64,000 nucleotides of DNA, taken from Oscillospiraceae bacterium. Lineage in GTDB: Bacteria > Bacillota > Clostridia > Oscillospirales > Oscillospiraceae. The stretch covers positions 22,500 to 86,499 of the forward strand of contig JAILFJ010000181.1 in assembly GCA_024697625.1 (NCBI GenBank), in the 5' to 3' direction. Below, piece after piece: positions 9,701-16,940 of this stretch (its first letter is position 1; each line of letters opens with the position of its first letter). The notes under the pieces are model-generated. The model searched no databases. It had not been told where the DNA came from and was given only the letters and a program-made list of their open reading frames with translations. The position numbers were made by a program, and so were the translations under genes.

Positions 9701-12023
9701 TTTTCTCATTCTGCACCGTCTTCACCTCTGCAACCGTGGGGTCACTGCTGATCCAGGTGACGGAGACATCCTTCAGGCTCAGAGCCTCGCCATCCGTGTT
9801 GCGTATCTCCACCGGCAGAACCCTTGTCGCACCCACTGCCAGGGACGGGACCTCGCCATTCATGACGATGGAAGCAATCTTCGCTTTCCCGTCTTTCTCC
9901 TCCTCGGTTTGCTCCTCCGCGTCTTTATTATCCTCCGGCTCGGTAATCAGGAGCTCGACCCGGGTAACCTCGCCAGCCATGCCGGCTTCGTTCAGTTCCA
10001 TGATGCGCAGGTCCACTATCTGGCCCACCTCAAACTCCGTAAGCGGCAGCACAAAGCAACCCTGCTCCGAGTCAAACCGGCCGACTGCGGCAACTTCCGC
10101 ACCGTGTACCACGGCACCGTTCTGAACCGCCGGGTTCTTTCCGTCTGCGCTGTACAGGAAACGGGTTGTCGCCGCGGTGGCTCCCGCTGAACGCAGCGTC
10201 AGGTAACCGTCTGACGGTACCCTGCCGTCTGTGATCTCCGTGCCGTTGGCATTGAAAACCCTTGTATAGTGTCCGCCTTTCGTCACGCCGAACAGTTTCG
10301 CAGCATCAATGATACCGGCACCCATGTCTTTGCCGCTGATCCTGTTGCATGCACCCATCAGGCAGGCACGCATCTGTGAGGCGTTATAGTGGGTTCCGTA
10401 CTTGCTCATGAACAGAGCCGCCACACCGGAGACCACCGGGGCCGCCATGGAGGTACCGTTCCGGCATTCATAACCCCCGCCCGTAGTTGACCAGATGGCA
10501 GACCCTGGGGCCGATACATCGCACCATGCGCCATAGTTGGAATACGGTGCCCTGCCGCCGCTGATGTCCGTTGCGGCCACAGCTATAACTTCGTCAAATG
10601 CTGCCGGAAAGCACTTGATGTTCGTGCCGTTGTTTCCCATGGCGACGATAACTGTCGCTCCGCTGCTGACTGCCCTGCGGATCGCTGCCAGCTCAAGCGG
10701 GTTGTAATAGTTTCCACCCAGACTCAGGTTGATAATCTTTGCGCCGTTCTGCCAGGCATAGTCGATTCCCGAGGCAATGCTGTACTCACTGCCGTTGCCG
10801 TTTTTATCCAATACGCGCACGGGCAGGATGCTGACACCCGGGGCGATGCCGGCGCCGCCGATGCCATTACCCATGGAGGCAGCAATGATGCCCGCTACAC
10901 GGGTACCGTGGCCCTGCTCGTCCATCGGGTCGCTGTCGCCGTCTGCAAAGTCATAGCCGGGCAGAACATTCCCTGACAGATCCGGATGGGTATAATCCAC
11001 TCCGCTGTCCACCACGGCCACAATCACATCAGGGGAACCTGTGGTCACACCCCATGCTCCGTAGCTGTGGACGATGTCATGCTGATACTGATAAGCTCCG
11101 CCGGGATCGCTCATCAACTCGTCCGGCCAGGCAGTGTTGTCGATCCAGTCCTGCCACATCAGTCCGCTGTAAGCCGCAGCCTGCGCCTGGTTGTCAAACA
11201 CCGCGCCCACTGTGGGCATATCCGGATCCAGCGCTACCTTCCAGTTCGGACTCACAGCCGGGAGAGGCAGTTCCATGTCCGCTGCACACTCCACGGCCTC
11301 AGCTACAGTATTCTCTGTCAGCCGGAGTTTTCCCATATAGCCCGAGAACTCCGCCAGCTCCGCGTTGTACGCTTCTGCGACCATACGGGCGTACTCCACA
11401 GACTCTGCGCTGAACAGCACCTCGCCCGCAGCGTACTCTCCCACGCCGCTCTGCACCGCCGCAAGGATCCCCTCGTCTGTCAGGACGCGCTTCTCCTCCA
11501 GCTGCGCCTCGCTGAGCTCATAGTCCTCCGGCAGCCCCTTGAACCCGTAGGGCAACGCCTCCTTGCTGTCCTCCGACGCGTGCTCCTCTTCCTCGGCCTC
11601 CTCTTCGGCAGCTTCTCCCGCCTCGGGATCTTTCTCTTCTGCCGCTTCTTCGCTGCCTGTTTCTGTGGGTTCTTCCTCCGGCTCCTCTTCAGGTACCTCG
11701 GCCGGTTCTTCGGGCAGCTCTTCCGGTTCCTCCGCGGGCTTCGCCGTTTCCTCTGCCGGGAGCTCTGTCGGCGGTCCGGTCAGCACTTCATCCGCGGGCG
11801 CTCCCTCCGAGAGTTCCTCCTCCGGTTCCATCCCCTCCGGCATTCCTTCAAGCTCAGGGATCCCCGCCGGTTCTTCATCATCAATCTCAAGGATGTCGTC
11901 CGCAGTGATGATCCCGTCGGATGGCGCATCCTCCCCCTCGGCCAGTGCGGCAGGGAACAGGGAGACCAGCATCGCAAGGACCAGCAGCAGGGACAGCAGC
12001 TTCTTCATGCTGATGTTCTTCAT
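5913..12023 (-). CDS. Chimeric secreted peptidase: S8 subtilase + Big_2 array + (Ig-like/PPC) tandem modules + C-terminal clan-CD (caspase/legumain-like) peptidase domain, paralog 2
   Basis: 2036-aa ORF with signal peptide MKKLLSLLLVLAMLVSLFPAALA and an acidic spacer. S8 motifs: VAVVDSGVDYTHPDL, HGTRVAGIIAA (catalytic His kept, second His replaced by Arg), NGTSMAAPVVSGVAAL. The Big_2 repeats end ...ITVKTTDGSNKSAKISVKV, exactly where paralogs 1 and 3 stop. The protein then continues with Ig-like (ITTHPANLTV...YQWEMK...YEFRCRV) and PPC-like (GYLYDASENQLAYDDDGGESNNF...YFFEVRYY) modules and a His/Cys domain. Confidence 0.93.
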   Translation of the reverse strand: MKNISMKKLLSLLLVLAMLVSLFPAALAEGEDAPSDGIITADDILEIDDEEPAGIPELEGMPEGMEPEEELSEGAPADEVLTGPPTELPAEETAKPAEEPEELPEEPAEVPEEEPEEEPTETGSEEAAEEKDPEAGEAAEEEAEEEEHASEDSKEALPYGFKGLPEDYELSEAQLEEKRVLTDEGILAAVQSGVGEYAAGEVLFSAESVEYARMVAEAYNAELAEFSGYMGKLRLTENTVAEAVECAADMELPLPAVSPNWKVALDPDMPTVGAVFDNQAQAAAYSGLMWQDWIDNTAWPDELMSDPGGAYQYQHDIVHSYGAWGVTTGSPDVIVAVVDSGVDYTHPDLSGNVLPGYDFADGDSDPMDEQGHGTRVAGIIAASMGNGIGGAGIAPGVSILPVRVLDKNGNGSEYSIASGIDYAWQNGAKIINLSLGGNYYNPLELAAIRRAVSSGATVIVAMGNNGTNIKCFPAAFDEVIAVAATDISGGRAPYSNYGAWCDVSAPGSAIWSTTGGGYECRNGTSMAAPVVSGVAALFMSKYGTHYNASQMRACLMGACNRISGKDMGAGIIDAAKLFGVTKGGHYTRVFNANGTEITDGRVPSDGYLTLRSAGATAATTRFLYSADGKNPAVQNGAVVHGAEVAAVGRFDSEQGCFVLPLTEFEVGQIVDLRIMELNEAGMAGEVTRVELLITEPEDNKDAEEQTEEEKDGKAKIASIVMNGEVPSLAVGATRVLPVEIRNTDGEALSLKDVSVTWISSDPTVAEVKTVQNEKTGEYEVLVYARKVGTARLSGTVEDESVEPISVSVSVSNLVSSITITGQSIVAPGTSATYKASLVLPKNTKNKKVTWAVDPVSVWVTCNPTSGKVTVDRTAPLGATFSVLANSTDGGNVWSNRIDVTVDNKAGAVGLKLNNAAELKNSATITLQSANLPGTSANDRSAWLDAWRVAGKTGSIYDRWAGIQWTTSNAAIVSIDEDNGQGGIRVNAHNAGTATLTAKAMDGSNKTANVKIRVTVPASSITVISKSQDKDFFYGLDNGLHYIPIAYGKSQGNTAVLGATYGTPSVRKVAWGVDLGGFNEYGEYYTDWSLTHNAASKRYVSINASGNLTLKANAELALGYDYAIRVYASTTDGTGLRDEVYYRPIPQINKVMIEDGYGHEVKKTELRTSWGEGRQRFEILGYGKSGRTYFRSLPNFSVSSSDPNVASGIVFIGYDDSYGYYGMLDVVRNSSGKAGSATITVKTTDGSNKSAKISVKVINDSAPTAVSITRHPANVTVAEGTAASFSITASGTSVYYEWQMKRRGESVWVSAGFEGHDTSTLRVPGDTRYNSWQFRCLVRGADSNSAISNAATLTVNAKQVRTIVPGTTTAVISTGGESVRFRFVPTLSGSYTLTSTGSDDTCGYLYDASDNQLDYDDDGGESNNFSITYDFAAGTTYFFEVRYYSSDTTGTICLVLSANFHDADITTHPANLTVAPNATATFRVTATGHSLSYQWEMKAPGSETWQNSSLNGNKTSTLSFTATSAYNNYEFRCRVTGNDGVPVYSDTARLRVIASISPGTTTAVISAGGERVRFRFVPTLSGSYTLTSTGSDDTYGYLYDASENQLAYDDDGGESNNFSITYDFAAGTTYFFEVRYYSSDTTGTIRLVLSANFHDADITTHPANLTVDPNATATFRVTATGHSLSYQWEMKAPGSETWQNSSLNGNKTSTLSFTATSAYNNYEFRCRVTGNDGVAVYSNSATLYVRSASTKYRALLFGEVNFSDGDVCNRNWGDVLLMTGMLRSVKGPDGNPYDGNIYGGKDYSPSQIRNAIAATFADATEQDVSLFFIATHGDVSNGAGSAYAGALATANGEFIYFRDLASWLKAVPGKVIVIVESCGSGAAVYANSANNGAETEGMADDQFTQALIDAFASADEETKEVVAQTGELRVANKFYVLTASALQQLSFGREGSSASDSYNNFTKWLTNGVGTSGNFPADMQYGGNKDGIVTLEELYRYISAVGDNTPISYYDKYGNIQTGYQTVKRYPEYSSYQLFTR
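6811..7936. repeat. In-frame tandem direct repeat, period 579 bp (193 codons), two near-identical copies inside S8 paralog 2
   Basis: Position p aligns with p+579 without gaps. I counted 18 mismatches over 6825-7355 versus 7404-7934 by hand. Only 4 of them fall in the first ~365 nt. Each unit encodes one PPC-like plus one Ig-like module. A third, diverged Ig-like copy lies at ~7960-8230. Confidence 0.95.
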
Positions 12024-12097
12024 CTCCGTTATTTCGTCCTTTCTGTATTGCTTCTCAGCTTTTGTGATTCTGAGAAAAATTCACACTGTTTGAGGAC

Positions 12098-12126
12098 AGA
12101 ATACCATATCCCCAAGGGCATTGCAA
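12098..12126 (-). promoter_or_regulatory. Candidate promoter of S8 paralog 2 (conserved cassette)
   Basis: Minus strand: TTGCAA (12126-12121), 17 nt, TATTCT (12103-12098), with the same flanking block as upstream of paralog 1. Confidence 0.45.
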
Positions 12127-12188
12127 CCGAAATAAGCACCGGAAATGAAAGCAGTGAAAGTACAATACCCTGACAGCAGCCCTGACAA

Positions 12189-12218
12189 CTTCGGGCGGAG
12201 CTCCCGCTCCGTCCGAAG
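12189..12218 (-). terminator. Stem-loop downstream of S8 paralog 3 (weak terminator candidate)
   Basis: cttcgggcgga (12189-12199) pairs with tccgtccgaag (12208-12218) with one mismatch and an 8-nt loop. No clear U-tract in minus orientation. Confidence 0.3.
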
Positions 12219-12310
12219 GGAATTCTGTATTGAGCTGTGCCAACCGCCTCGCCTTCCATTACCTGGACATTGGATGGCTGCGCCGTGATCACAGTGGCCG
12301 GGACCGGCAG

Positions 12311-15300
12311 TTACTCCACTACCTTCACGTTGAAGCTCAGACTCCTGTTCGATCCGTCTGTGGTCTTCACCGTAATCTTCGCGGTGCCGGTTTCGGTGCT
12401 GGGATAGACCTCGACCCGGTCGCCTGATGCTATCGCCCCTGCGACTTCCGGCTTACTGCTGCTCACGGTGAAGCCGCTATACCAGCCGTCATAATCGACA
12501 TCGGCAATTCCCATATAGGAATCCAGCGCAAGCGTCATGGTGTTCTTCGTCTCGGAGAAGGAGTACACGTCCGGTTCTTTCGCACCGAAGGAAAAAACGT
12601 AGAAGCGGTCCGACAGGAAGGCCTTTGTCGTGGTTCTGTTAACATAATACCAGATGTCCGCCGAGGCCCCGCTCCCGTCCGTCGCGGTCGCGGTCACGCA
12701 GACAATGACAGCCTTGCCCCCGTCTTTGCTGACATAGACATCGGATCCCACCATATTCTCCCAGGCGTTCTGGAAACGCCTGTTGACTGTGAGCGTTCCG
12801 TTTTTCACGGTGATGTTGCTCCCCGGATCGAACTCCGTCATGGAAAGACGTACATTTCCCGCTCCGAATTCCGTAAGATAGCATTTGAGGCTCCAGGTGA
12901 CCTTGGTGTTCGTCGGTTTCCCGAAGGTGTCGCCGAAGATCACGCTGTTGCCGACGCTCCTGCCGATGCCGACCGCGTAATAACTCATGTTCTCTCGGCC
13001 GCAGTATAATGATTCCGGAAGCTTCGAGCGAATGATGAAGTGGGAGACGGGATTGACGACTCTGACGGTGATGCGGGCAGTTTTGTTGCTTCCGTCCGTC
13101 ACTTTCGCGGTGACGGTCGCGGTTCCGGTTTTCTTCGCCCTGACGGTCACCGCGCCGGATCCGTCCTCTTCCACCTTCGCCACCTCCGGCTTGCTGCTGG
13201 TCCAGACCACGCCGACGCCGCTGTCGTCATTGCCGCCTCCGACCAGGACCCGGCGCGCTGCGATCTCGGCGCGGTTATCCGCCCCGTCCGTCTCCGGCAG
13301 ATCCGCCGAGAACAGCGTCAGCGTCTTCGGTGCGGCGGCGGCGTTCATCCGAAGCTCCAGCTTCTGCGCCTTCGGGGCAACCATGCCCGCGCCCCCTGTG
13401 ACGGCCGCCTCCGCCCCCAACACGGGCTGCGCATAGACATAGAACGCCGTTTCCGCCGAGACCTCTGCCGGCACTGTCAGCTTTCCCTTGGAGTCGATGG
13501 TGATTCTTTCGTCCTCCGTGTAGACATACCACTTCACCGCTTTGTTCGCCGCGTCCTTCGGCGTGACCGCGCTCACTTTGTAGGTCGCGGACGTCCCCGG
13601 CGCAACAATCTTCTGGCCGGTGACTGTGAGCATCTCCACACCCGGCCTCACCGTCAGCTTCAGCGTGACCGTCTGGTTGGACCCATCCATCGTCCTGCCG
13701 GTCACGGTGGCGCTGCCCTTCCCGTTGGCGCAGAAGGTGGGAAGCCCGCTCTCGTCCCAGACAACGCTGACGACCTTCGTGTTGCTGCTGCTCCACTTCA
13801 GGGAGGCGTTTCGCGGATCCACCGGGTCGCCGTTTACATCCGTGATGGTCAGCGCCTCTGCCTCAAGTCGGTATTCCTCACCGGTATACAGCGTCCGCAG
13901 CTTCCCCGTGAATCGCATGCTCCTGACCGTCGGCAGCGACTCCACCCCGATGCTGCAATCCTTCTCTATGTCGTATGCCTCCGAGCGGGCCCGGATCACA
14001 ACGGCATCCCCCGCAAAGGACACCGGCACCGTCAGAAGCCCTGCAGAGGCGTTGATCCAGTTCTCGCCCGCCGGTTCGGCTACCGACCATACAACCGTCT
14101 GGTTTTCCGCCTTTTCGTCCAGCGTATACCCGTAGGCATCGTCAAAGCTGCCCCAGACCTCCGCCGTCAGTGTGACTGACGTTCCGCGCGTCACGCTTTT
14201 GGGTGCCTGAACATTGATGCGGAGGTTCTCCAGCTTATCCTGCGAAGGCGGCACGATCTGCACCTTCAGCGTGGATACCTTGCTCGGGATCGCCAGGCCG
14301 TTTACCTCCATGAACTTGAAGGTCAGGCTCTGGTCCGTCTCGAAGCCGCCCAGCGGAATACGGAAGCCGCCCAGCTCCTGCTCATACGCGTATACGCCGC
14401 TGACCAGGTAACCACAGGTCGGGTTTCCGTTCTTCACCGCCGGATTCTTTCCGTCCATGGTATACAGCAGGAAACTTGTCGCCTGGGTGATTCCCCTGCC
14501 GGACTGCACCAGCAGGTATCCCTGCGGGCTGACCTTTCCGCTCGCGGTCACTTCGGTACCGTCTGCCTCAAACAGACGGATCACCGGCGGTGTGGTATCC
14601 CCGGCGAAGAGCTTCGACGCATCGATGATGCCCGTTCCGGCACCTGCGGGACCTTTGCTGACCGCCTTTTTCAAAATCGCTTCCATGGCGGCAGGGTCAG
14701 TGTATCCGTAACGGCTCATGTACAGCGCCGCCACACCGGCCACCACCGGGGTCGCCATCGAGGTGCCGTCCCAGCATTCGTAGCTGCCGCCCGTCGTCGA
14801 CCAGATGCCCGAACCGGGGGCCGCTACATCGCACCAGGGGCCGTAATCCGAATAGTCGGCCAGACCGCCGCCGGCGTCTACCGCGGCAACGGCAACGACA
14901 CCGTCAAAGCCCGCGGGCCAGGTCCTGATGTTCGAACCGTCGTTTCCCATGGCGGCAACAACGGTTGCTTCTTTTTCCTCCACCGCGTAACGAATCGCTT
15001 CCTCCTCAATGGAGCTGTACCTAGTGCCGCCGAGACTCATGTTGATGATCTTCGCGCCGGAGTCCGCCGCATCATAATAACCTGCAATGATCCATTCATT
15101 ATAACCGAGGCCATCGGCATCCAGCACCCGCACCGCGTAGATTTTCGCGTCCGGCGCAATACCGGCGCCGCCCTCGCCGTTGCCCATCGCCGCGGCGATG
15201 ATCCCCGCCACATGGGTGCCGTGGCCGTCCTCATCCATCGGGTCGCCGTCTCCCTCGACATAGTCCCCGCCGGGGATGACCTTTCCGGCCAGATCCGGAT

Positions 15301-16315
15301 GGGTATAATCCACACCGCTGTCAACCACTGCCACGGTGACGCCCGCGCCGGTGGACACGCCCCAGGCCTCATAGGTGTTGACCATGTCGTGCTGGTACTG
15401 ATACGCGCCGCCCGGGTCGCTCATGTAGGGGTCGGGATCCGCGGTGCTGTCCATCCAGCTCTGCCAGTTCTGCTGCTCAAACAGTGCCTGTGCGGTGTTA
15501 AGGCCCTCGGCGGCGGGGAGGATCGGCACCGACACCCTCCAGTTCGGCTCCACCGCGGGCAGGGGCAGCCCCATGTCCGCCGCCGCGGTCACGGCCTCCT
15601 CCACCGTCGCCCCGGTCAGATACAGCTTGCCGAAGTGGCCGTTGAAGTACGCCAGCTCCGCGTTATATGCCTCCGCCACCAGCTCCGCGTATTCCCGCGT
15701 GGCCGCAGAGAACAGGACCTCACCCTCGGCGTACTCTCCGACAGCCAGATCCGCGACGACGCCGTTCTCCGTCAGGGCGCGCTTCGCCGCAAGCTCCGCC
15801 TCCGAGAATTCATAGTCCTCCGGCAAGCCTCTGAAGCCGCAGGGGAGCGCTTTGTCTTCGGTCTCTTCCTCCGACGGTTCCTCAGCTTCATCCGCCGATT
15901 CAAGAGTCCCCTCGTCGAGCTCCTCTTTCCCGGCCTCGGCTTCCGCCTCCGTATCCTCGTCTTTCCTTTCCTCAGGTTCCTCCGGCGTTTCCTCTGCGGC
16001 CTCTTCGGGTGCGGTCGGTGCTTCCTCCGCCGCTTCTTCGGGCGCCTCCCCCATCGACTCTTCCGCAGACTCCGTCCGTCCGGCATCGGGCGTCTCCGTC
16101 AGTTCCCCGGAGGCTTCCTCCTCCAGCCCGGCTTGCATGTCGTCCCCGAGGGCTCCCTCATAAGAGTCTTCCGGCATTCCATCTTCCAAAGTCTCTGCCA
16201 GAATCTCTTCTCCCGGGGCCGTCCCGTCCTCCGCCACTGCGGCGGGGAACAGGGCGATCAGCATGGCCAGAACCATGACCACTGCCAGGAGCTTTTTCAT
16301 GCCCTTGCTTTTCAT
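12311..16315 (-). CDS. Secreted subtilisin-like serine peptidase (S8) with Big_2 repeats, paralog 3
   Basis: The ORF is open to 16390, but I prefer ATG 16315 (MKSKGMKKLLAVVMVLAMLIALFPAAVA), which has GGAGAG 5-7 nt upstream. Acidic spacer follows. S8 motifs: VAVVDSGVDYTHPDL, HGTHVAGIIAA, DGTSMATPVVAGVAAL. Also LLYTMDGKNPAV and Big_2-like repeats ending ...ITVKTTDGSNRSLSFNVKVVE. Confidence 0.9.
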   Translation of the reverse strand: MKSKGMKKLLAVVMVLAMLIALFPAAVAEDGTAPGEEILAETLEDGMPEDSYEGALGDDMQAGLEEEASGELTETPDAGRTESAEESMGEAPEEAAEEAPTAPEEAAEETPEEPEERKDEDTEAEAEAGKEELDEGTLESADEAEEPSEEETEDKALPCGFRGLPEDYEFSEAELAAKRALTENGVVADLAVGEYAEGEVLFSAATREYAELVAEAYNAELAYFNGHFGKLYLTGATVEEAVTAAADMGLPLPAVEPNWRVSVPILPAAEGLNTAQALFEQQNWQSWMDSTADPDPYMSDPGGAYQYQHDMVNTYEAWGVSTGAGVTVAVVDSGVDYTHPDLAGKVIPGGDYVEGDGDPMDEDGHGTHVAGIIAAAMGNGEGGAGIAPDAKIYAVRVLDADGLGYNEWIIAGYYDAADSGAKIINMSLGGTRYSSIEEEAIRYAVEEKEATVVAAMGNDGSNIRTWPAGFDGVVAVAAVDAGGGLADYSDYGPWCDVAAPGSGIWSTTGGSYECWDGTSMATPVVAGVAALYMSRYGYTDPAAMEAILKKAVSKGPAGAGTGIIDASKLFAGDTTPPVIRLFEADGTEVTASGKVSPQGYLLVQSGRGITQATSFLLYTMDGKNPAVKNGNPTCGYLVSGVYAYEQELGGFRIPLGGFETDQSLTFKFMEVNGLAIPSKVSTLKVQIVPPSQDKLENLRINVQAPKSVTRGTSVTLTAEVWGSFDDAYGYTLDEKAENQTVVWSVAEPAGENWINASAGLLTVPVSFAGDAVVIRARSEAYDIEKDCSIGVESLPTVRSMRFTGKLRTLYTGEEYRLEAEALTITDVNGDPVDPRNASLKWSSSNTKVVSVVWDESGLPTFCANGKGSATVTGRTMDGSNQTVTLKLTVRPGVEMLTVTGQKIVAPGTSATYKVSAVTPKDAANKAVKWYVYTEDERITIDSKGKLTVPAEVSAETAFYVYAQPVLGAEAAVTGGAGMVAPKAQKLELRMNAAAAPKTLTLFSADLPETDGADNRAEIAARRVLVGGGNDDSGVGVVWTSSKPEVAKVEEDGSGAVTVRAKKTGTATVTAKVTDGSNKTARITVRVVNPVSHFIIRSKLPESLYCGRENMSYYAVGIGRSVGNSVIFGDTFGKPTNTKVTWSLKCYLTEFGAGNVRLSMTEFDPGSNITVKNGTLTVNRRFQNAWENMVGSDVYVSKDGGKAVIVCVTATATDGSGASADIWYYVNRTTTKAFLSDRFYVFSFGAKEPDVYSFSETKNTMTLALDSYMGIADVDYDGWYSGFTVSSSKPEVAGAIASGDRVEVYPSTETGTAKITVKTTDGSNRSLSFNVKVVE

Positions 16316-16365
16316 GGCTGCTCTCCGTCCTTCCTGCATTCTTAGTTTGTTTACTCTTTGTACGC

Positions 16366-16395
16366 AGTTTAGCATATCCGCAGAAAGCATTGCAA
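16366..16395 (-). promoter_or_regulatory. Candidate promoter of S8 paralog 3
   Basis: Minus strand: TTGCAA (16395-16390), 18 nt, TAAACT (16371-16366) preceded by TGc (extended -10-like). Confidence 0.4.
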
Positions 16396-16477
16396 TAAAA
16401 ATGCAGTCCGTCTCACCATGCTATACCGAGAAACTGCGGTATTCCCTGTGCTGCCGATGCCGATCGCCTGTAGGGTC

Positions 16478-16870
16478 TCAGGGCTCGGCGGTATTTGCTC
16501 CGTTCCAGTTCTGTGAGAAGACCGGGTCGTCAAGGGTGATCACATGGTTGATCTCCAGACTCGGCCAGCCCTTCTCTTCTCCGCGTCGGATCACCTCATA
16601 CGGATCCTCTTCGGTGTGAAATGCCGCCACGTGCTCTGAGCACTCCACCAGCTCGATCCCGTACAGAGAGGCGATCTCTTCCGCCTCCTCACGGGACTCC
16701 ACCGTGCAGATCAGCTCCTCACCTTCCGCGATCTGCCCTCTGAGGAAGTTGGAGGGAGGTGTACTGGCCCCGCCGTGCGGTGTTGCCGTCTCCCCACGTG
16801 TTCCGCCGCAGCCGGTCAGTACCGCCGCCGCGGCCAGAATCAGGGCGCCTATTGTCTTTGCTGTCCGCAT
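16478..16870 (-). CDS. Small lipoprotein resembling the prodomain segment of the adjacent S8 peptidases
   Basis: 130 aa. AAAGGAG lies 7 nt before ATG 16870. The signal peptide has lipobox LTGC (MRTAKTIGALILAAAAVLTGCGG). The mature part EGEELICTVESREEAEEIASLYGIELVECSEHVAAFHTEEDPYEVIRRGEEKGWPSLEINHVITLDDP aligns by eye with EGEVLFSAESEEYARMVAEAYNAELAEFSGYIGKLLLTDATVAEAVECAADMEMPLPAVEPNWIVSVDP of paralog 1. Confidence 0.8.
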   Translation of the reverse strand: MRTAKTIGALILAAAAVLTGCGGTRGETATPHGGASTPPSNFLRGQIAEGEELICTVESREEAEEIASLYGIELVECSEHVAAFHTEEDPYEVIRRGEEKGWPSLEINHVITLDDPVFSQNWNGANTAEP

Positions 16871-16940
16871 GTGACTGCTCCTTTCAAAAAACTGTTCTTC
16901 TGCTTCTTCCCTGCCGCTGCCATGTGCGGAGTTTTCCGTG

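Noticed and set aside
13274-13300. Sortase signal: LPETD in S8 paralog 3.
   Set aside because: It is internal, is LPETD rather than LPXTG, and is not followed by a hydrophobic segment and a charged tail.
5913-16315. S8 and caspase-like proteases as part of a gasdermin-type or other antiphage defence module.
   Set aside because: All of them carry signal peptides and extracellular-type domains (Big_2, PPC, CHB_HEX_C-like). There is no adjacent small gasdermin-like or NTPase/sensor gene.
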